A program made the translations under genes and the position numbers. Shown piece after piece: positions 57,644 through 64,000 of a stretch of 64,000 nt of DNA. Every line of letters starts with the position of its first letter. Position 1 is the first letter of the stretch. Source of the stretch: the human T2T-CHM13v2.0 reference genome, Homo sapiens; the NCBI RefSeq assembly GCF_009914755.1, contig NC_060932.1; one strand, 5' to 3'. The notes below the pieces were generated by a model, which was given only the letters and a program-made list of their open reading frames with translations, was not told where the DNA came from and ran no database searches.

Positions 57644-60600
57644 GTGAGTCACCCACCCCCAGGCTGGCCGGGCTCCCCCCTGCCCCGGAGCCGCTTCCCG
57701 CCCCCAAGCCGGGCACCCTCTCTCAGTTTCTTGCCCAGCCCCGCGCACCCCGCGGGCAGAGCCCGCGCCGCTGCGCCTCCCTCGCCGCCTCCCTGGAGGG
57801 GCGGTCATCAGGGGACGCCATGCAGGCTGGAACCCCTTTGGGCCCAGGCGTTAAACCAGCCACCGCCTCCGCCCCACTTCCTCCGGCTCCGCTTCCCTCG
57901 CCTTCCCGCTCCTTCTGAGGATGTGGGAATCCGCCCGCGCCCCAGCCCCCTCCGTGGCTGCGGACCCCTCTCCCACCCAGTGACCTCCTGGCCCACTTCC
58001 TTGCCCAGAGGGGCCTGGGTTGGCATTCGGCTCCCGCGTGCCCCGCAGCTCGTCCCCGCCCCCCTAGCCTGTTTCCCGTACCGTTCATTCCGCCAGGACG
58101 CCCCGTCGCCAGAGGGCCTGGCGGAGGTGACAGTGAGGGGGTGCTAATGCTGCCCCTTCGTCCCTTTCTTTCATTTCAGTTCTTTCATTTTAAACTTTTC
58201 ATAAAATCTTCACTATTGCTCACTTACAACAAAAGCCCAAATCGGTTATAGCGGTGATTTTTATCACTCTCCCGGTGAGCTGCAGGAGAGACTTCACCTG
58301 GCATCCTGATGCCGCAGGGGCCCCCAGAGAGCAGGTTGGATCCCAGGCTTTCCTCTCTGTACCCTCTCCCCTCTCCCTGAAGCTGGATACAGTCCTACTC
58401 CCGCTTGGGGAGCAGCGGAAGAGCCTGTGGCTCCCTACTTCTGACTCGGGAGATCGTGGGCTGATCCTAGGTGGGAAGCGCAGGCGCAGGCCGTCTAAGG
58501 GATTGATGGATGTGGCCTGCCAGGGCTTTGCCTACCACACAGCTCAGAGCACGGGTTCCCTGTCGCTAACAACCGTTGCGAAGGGAATCCCATCCACACA
58601 TCTCCCAGACAGCTGGGGCCATATCCGGGCTGCCCGTGGCTGTCCAGTGACCGCCCTTCCTCACTGCTCCGGGACACTTCTCCCTGGGGCAGTGCTGCCA
58701 GCCTTCAGGAATGCTGGGGGTGTTGGGGGTGGCCTGCCCAGCCTGACGCTGACTCTCCATGCAGATGGGGCTGGCGAGGGCCTGGCACGGGGCTGCATAG
58801 TGCCTGGAGTCACCAGCACCTACAGACGGATCCCCGACGCTGCCCACGGGTGCTCATCCTGGGAGAGAGGTGACAAGTTCAGAGGTGTCGGCAGGGAGGC
58901 ACTCTTTCTCAAACTGGCCTCCCGGGACTCAGGAGTGGAGATGGCAGTTGGGGACAGCCCCCTGGCCGCCTTACCGGGCCTTTCTCAGGACTCCCTGGAC
59001 TTTGAATCCTCAGGGAGTTCTGAGCCCCCCGCCCAGGTAGGCCGACTCCTGGCCAGCCAGAAGCTGGGGGAGGTGTTGGAGCGGTCCCGCCGGCTCCCAA
59101 CAGCTCCCACCAGCTTGTCAGGACAACACCGCTCCCTGCGGCTGGCAAGCAAGCCTGAGCGTGAAGTGCCCCTTGGAGCAGGGCAACAGGAGTCCATGGA
59201 GGCAGACACAGACCTAGAGGCAGGCCTGGAAGAAGAGGCGGTGAGTGCTCACTCTCAGGCTGGGTTTAAGAGTGGGATGGACAGCCTAGCTCCTCTGGTT
59301 CTCCCTGGAGCTCTCTCTGGGTGGGGCACTCCCTGCCCCTAATTGATGGGTTGTGTCATAGGTTCTTTCTGCACCCCAGTTCCATTTGTGCACGGCCACC
59401 TCTGCAGAGGAGGTGGGCAGCTACGGGGGCCCTTCCTGGCACCATGCCCCGCTGGGCAGTGGGGAAGCCGGCTGCGTGTGTTCCTCCTCGGGGCCCACTC
59501 TGCTCCCATCTGCTGGCTGAGCCCAGCCTGGCTGCTTAGGGTAGGGCAGGAGCCCTACTGGCTGAAATCTCCCCTATCTCACAATGTCCCACAGGTGGGG
59601 GGCCTGGGGCCTGGAGCCTGGGCCTGCCTCCCCGGGCAGGGTCTTCGCTATCTGGAACACCTGTGCCTGGTGCTGGAGCAGATGGCAAGGCTCCAGCAGC
59701 TCTACCTGCAGCTGCGGATCCAGAGGCCCCCAGGGGTGAGTGAGATTCGAGTGGGGGAGGGAGAGGACAGATGGGACCCTGGGAACCATGGCTGCCCTCA
59801 GAGCAGCTTCAGCCCTCTAGCCAGGCCCTGATCACCTGTCTCTCCTGTGCATAGGATCCCGGCGAGGAGGAGTCGACCCGAGCCCCTTTACCGTCCCCGT
59901 TACACACCCCAGGCAATCGGGGGCAGGGGCCATGGGAGCTGCTAAGCCAGACAGAGCACACAGGTGAGGGGCCATCGTGTCTCCCTTTGTCCTGCCTGCC
60001 TGGGGTCCCACCAGCAGGTCCTCTGAGCCGAAGCTTGATGGGGTGTCTTCTGGCCCTGGCCAACCTGACTGTCTTTCTGAAGGAGCAAAGGCTGCTTCAC
60101 CCCCAAAGGTGGAGGTGCCCAGTGCCAACCCTCCCAGGCTGCCAGAAACCCCAGTGGAGCCAACGTACCACTTGCCATCCTCCCAGGGACACAAGGTAGG
60201 GGACAGGTATATGTGGGGCAGGTGGTGGGCTGGGGTGGGGGGAGGGGAGGTGGGGGATGCATGGGCACCCTGGGGGCCAGCAACTCTGGGGAAATGACAG
60301 GATTGATTCCTGTTTGGAGCAGGCGACTTGTCCTGGCTGTGGCGACAGCTGTCTCTGGGAGCTTGGTCGGGGGTCTGAGTGTGGGGAGGGCTCTGGGTGA
60401 CCCCTCATCCTCTGCTCAGCGGGATATCTCCCACTGGGACAAGGTCAAGGTCCTGCTCAACCGGATCTGCCGGAGAAGCCACCACCACCCTGAGCCCCCT
60501 GCCCCTCCTGATGGCTCTGACCCCAGGTGAGCCCCGTGCCCAGCCCAGGTTAGGGCACGGAGAGGAGACTGATGAGCCAGGATGCTGAGATTGTCATGCC

Positions 60601-61189
60601 AGTTGTCATTATTGTCCCCGCAAAACTTGAGAGGCAGTCTGGGAGGGGCTGCTAGAAGAAACAGTAGTTAAAACACCCCATTTACAGATAAGGAGGCAGG
60701 GTTCTGGGTGGGGTTGGGGGTAGTTGCTTTTCCAAAGCCGCACGGTGAGTCAGTGACAGCTAGGACCAGAATGTGGGAAATCTGCCTACCCTAGCTCAGC
60801 AACCCCTCACCCTCAATGCTGACATTTAGGCCACCTTCCAGGTTCGTGGGGAGAGCAAGGTGGAGCACAAAGGATTTCACAGTGGGTGAAGGCCATCATG
60901 CTTCGGGGCTTGTATTGAATCGTTCTCCAGGAGGAAGAAATACCAAGTCATTTAACAGCCCCGGGCTGCGCCCACACCCAGCTACCCACCAGCAGATAAA
61001 CCACGTTCTCTCAACTCTAGGGCCATTGTTAGTTTTATTTCCCCCTTCTAGCCTAATGTCTTCTTTTCATTCCACAGGATCGAGTCCAGGGACCTCCCTG
61101 AAAGGCCTCAGTGCCGCCCCCACCGGAAGACCTTTATGCCATCATTAGTGGTTAAGAAGCAACGAGCAAAAAACCTTTCTGTAGGCTGA
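57604..61189 (+). CDS. C8orf58: Uncharacterized protein C8orf58, spliced CDS of 1098 nt, 365 aa
   Basis: Exons 57604-57643, 58765-59240, 59595-59735, 59855-59963, 60083-60195, 60420-60526, 61078-61189 join in frame: MMGRRRAFAVDGRD...KNLSVG*. Confidence 0.93.
58765..59240 (+). CDS. C8orf58: C8orf58 exon 2
   Basis: DGAGEGLARGCIVPGVTSTY...LEEEA. Confidence 0.92.
59595..59735 (+). CDS. C8orf58: C8orf58 exon 3
   Basis: VGGLGPGAWACLPGQGLRYLEHLC...PPG. Confidence 0.92.
59855..59963 (+). CDS. C8orf58: C8orf58 exon 4
   Basis: DPGEEESTR...QTEHT. Confidence 0.88.
60083..60195 (+). CDS. C8orf58: C8orf58 exon 5
   Basis: GAKAASPPKV...QGHK. Confidence 0.88.
60420..60526 (+). CDS. C8orf58: C8orf58 exon 6
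   Basis: RDISHWDKVKVLLNRI...SDPR. Confidence 0.9.
61078..61189 (+). CDS. C8orf58: C8orf58 exon 7 coding part
   Basis: IESRDLPER...KNLSVG*. Confidence 0.9.
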
Positions 61190-62005
61190 GACCTCTCGGT
61201 GCACCTGGTGACCCTGGGTGGAGGGGACTTGCTGTGAAGTCTTCCTCGCCCTCTGCCCTCTTGCTGCTTCTCCACATTGCCAGGAAAAGCTGCTGACGCC
61301 TGCCCTCCTCTCTTGAGTCGAGGGCTGAATCTTTCTCCTCTAAGCAGTCTGGTCAGGAACCTTGGTTTCTTGAGAGGCCCCCAAGATGCCGCAGCTCCAG
61401 GGCTCTTCCTCCTCACCAGAAATCCCTGGGCTTCCACAATGTGAACTCACTCATTGTCAGGTGTCCGTGGAGTGTTTTTGGCATGGTGACCTGTCTGGGC
61501 CCAGCATGTTGCAGATGTGTATTTATGCGCAATGGTATGCATATCTCTGTGTGACTGTCAGTGTTGCAAGCTGGCTGGATCCAACCATCTCTTCTGAAAT
61601 AATGCATCCAAAGGGTTGATATTCTGGGGGAGGTCACTGCAGAAGGATGGAACTGACCTTTATTCCCCAGTGGGCAGTTACTGAGCTTTCCTCCTCAGAG
61701 CCATGCTGGCAGCCCTGGGACAGAGAACGGTGTGGCTTTGGCTGCCTCTGCATGGAATCTTGCCCCGGACTCCTGAAGACTGCACAAGGAATGAGGAAGA
61801 TCAGGGACAACCTGGGAACTGAATAACTTTCAAAGCCAGTGCTCAGCTTCTCTGCTCCGTACTAGCGTTTACAGGTCTTAATTCAAACCAGATGCCTGTA
61901 CTAGTTTTTAGACCCCAAGTCAACCTTTCTGAGCCACAGCTTCCCGCTGGGAATAATGATGCCTGCCCTATCTACCTCACAGACTTGTTATGAGGATAAA
62001 GTGAG

Positions 62006-62011
62006 ATTAAA
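62006..62011 (+). terminator. C8orf58: Probable C8orf58 poly(A) signal (ATTAAA) within a MIR relic (~61880-62035)
   Basis: The only canonical-type signal I found before the CCAR2 island; MIR-like context. Confidence 0.6.
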
Positions 62012-62349
62012 CTGCCTCAAAGTGCTTTGTAAACCTCAGGTGAATAGGAAAGGGGAAAGTAAGGCTGGAGTGATGATGGGGAGGTCGGAGGATAAGGGGG
62101 GGCTGGGATTGCTAATGGGGACTAAAATGGCCAGTCTCCTGGCAAGATTTTGAGCAGGTCATTTCATTGAGGCCTCTTAGATTTCATATTTGAGAATTAG
62201 GGCACTGATTCCTGACTGGCTAGGCATGGTGGTCACTGGCTTGAGTCAGACCAGGAATGTCTCTTAGAAATGGTCACTGATAGGCATCCTTCTCCTCCAG
62301 TCAGGAGGGGCTGGTTTCCTTATCTGTTGCAGTCTCGACTGCCAGAGGG

Positions 62350-63250
62350 AGGCGAGCGTGGTAGGCAGTCGGGGGTCCCTTGTGTTTGGGGGGCCCAGCT
62401 CCCGCTTCCTTTGAGCCCGGAACCAATGATCCGAAGCCTTCTTTCCTGATGGGATTCTTTAGCGAGGACACTACCGAGGCGCGACTTCCTGACGCGCATC
62501 CGATCCGGGAAGGCGCACTTCCGCTCCCCAGTTGCCGCGGGATGGCAAGCCGGCGTGGGGGAAGGGAGAGGTCGGCGGAGACGAGGGAGGGACCATATCC
62601 GGGAGAGCGGCAGCTTCCGACCAGTGGTCGCGCTTCCGGAGAGGCGCTTCCGGTGGCGGCGGCAGCAGCGGCTGTGGTGGTTCCGGGTGTCTTTGTCCCC
62701 CCGGTGTCGCTGCCCTGGCCCGCAGGTGGGTTGGGGGGCCCCCCGCCGCCCCTCTGCCCCTTCGCCCCTCCGCCCCTCCGCTGGCCGAGGGGCTGCGAGG
62801 GCCGGGCGGCGAAGATGCGTGGGGCGCGGAAGGGGCCGAGCCCCTCTTTGGACTGCAAGTCCCGTCTCCCTGGCAACGGCCTCGGCCTTGGGGGCGGGCG
62901 GGAGGAGGAGAAACCGCGCGCCTCAGTCCTCCCTTGGTGGCCTCGCCGCGGCTCTGCTGGGAGACCCGGCGCTGGCGGCTGCTGAGGCCGGAGCGGAGGG
63001 CCCGGGAGCGTGGGAGCAGGAGGGTGGCGCGCAGCCGGTTTCGCGTTTGGTCGGCCAGGGAGCTGCCTTCCCACCAGCCGGTCGAGGAAACAACGGGTCG
63101 GGCTTCCGGGGAGAGGGCCCACACCGTCTCCTCGCCGGCACCGGCCTCCTCCATTTTTCCGGGCCTTGCGTGGAGGGTTTTGGCGGATGTTTTTGAACGA
63201 AGGAATGTCATCGGGGCTCTCCCGAGCCCCTCACCCCGCCAGCTACTCTG
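62350..63250. promoter_or_regulatory. CCAR2: CpG island / CCAR2 promoter with non-coding exon 1 (donor after 62725)
   Basis: CpG-dense; multiple CTTCCG ETS motifs; CAG|GTGGGT donor. Confidence 0.85.
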
Positions 63251-63656
63251 GGGGTGGCGTGGCATAGTGAGAGGAGCGCTAAGTTGTTGGGAGGCCTGGG
63301 TGTGAGTAGCAGTTTTGTCACTACCTGGTTATGTGGCCCCGGGCAAGTCTCTTGATCTCTCTGAGCATCAGTTTCCTTGTCTGTAAAACAGCATGACAGT
63401 ATCATGCACCACTAGGTTATTGTCAGGGCAAACTGGAACAATGTAATTTCTTGTTTCATTTCTTTCTTCTCTATATTCTCTCCATCCATTGCTTTCATTC
63501 ATTCTTATTACCCACCTCCCTGTTTTCCGAAATATCCTTACTTAAGATTCTCCACTTTTCCGGGTATAGATGGAAATTTCCCTTATAAGCTGTTAATTTC
63601 TTTCTTTTTGGATTGAAGCCTTTTCCCCACGACTCTGAAAGAGGACAGCGTTCCCA

Positions 63657-63714
63657 ATGTCCCAGTTTAAGCGCCAGCGGATCAACCCGCTTCCAGGGGG
63701 ACGCAACTTCTCAG
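63657..63714 (+). CDS. CCAR2: CCAR2 (DBC1/KIAA1967) first coding exon (exon starts 63619)
   Basis: MSQFKRQRINPLPGGRNFS G|GTGATC. Confidence 0.95.
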
Positions 63715-63967
63715 GTGATCACTGTTCTCCCTACCTGGCCTCATCCTGGGAAGTATGTGCTCTGGAGTTAGTTTGGGGTTTCCCTGGTGGAGAGCAATTT
63801 GCTGCTGATGTTCCTCTGGAAAGCAGGAGATGCCCACAGTGATTGCCAGTGAAGCTCTGTGGAGGAGCTGGCTGGAGCTGTAGCCTTTGGATTTACCACA
63901 TCCTTTGGTTGACTCGTGCTTAAGGTGGTAGGGGCGGTTCCTGGAGATTGCTTCTCTTTCCCCATAG

Positions 63968-64000
63968 GCACAGCTTCAACATCTCTTCTGGGTCCTCCTC
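63968..64000 (+). CDS. CCAR2: CCAR2 next exon (truncated by window end)
   Basis: cccatag|GC ACA GCT...: GTASTSLLGPP. Confidence 0.92.

Larger units (their letters stand above)
56540..58130. promoter_or_regulatory. C8orf58: CpG island / C8orf58 promoter, split by a pyrimidine tract
   Basis: CpG-dense flanks around exon 1. Confidence 0.8.

Noticed and set aside
56543-57808. 421 aa GRGEE-rich and 288 aa Pro/Ser-rich ORFs
   Set aside because: Translations of the low-complexity pyrimidine tract.
62301-63305. Several 200-270 aa ORFs at the CCAR2 promoter
   Set aside because: CpG-island artefacts; the true start is at 63657.

Overview
Human genomic DNA recognisable as chr8p21.3, just downstream of PPP3CC. 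It carries four + strand genes whose exons I reconstructed by hand from splice sites and reading frame: SORBS3/vinexin (671 aa, 20 coding exons), PDLIM2 (352 aa, with a 602 aa long form), C8orf58 (365 aa) and the 5' end of CCAR2/DBC1. There are five CpG islands, about 17 Alus, L2/L1/MIR/MER relics, microsatellites and two C-rich tandem tracts. The most interesting signal is at 249-6361. This TE-poor 'intergenic' stretch holds a series of minus-strand exon-like blocks with splice sites, decayed reading frames, GDNF/GAS1 (GFRalpha/GFRAL-type) cysteine spacing and a hydrophobic C-terminal tail. It is a candidate unitary pseudogene of a lost GFRAL-like receptor. Other highlights: an in-frame upstream SORBS3 exon matching the mouse vinexin-alpha N-terminus, a lost splice acceptor in SORBS3, a ~300 bp unique-sequence inverted repeat around an intronic poly(A) signal, a ~310 bp direct duplication flanking two PDLIM2 exons, and an old Alu with an AluYb8 3' end (gene conversion). 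All cross-species comparisons are by eye against recalled sequences and need database confirmation.
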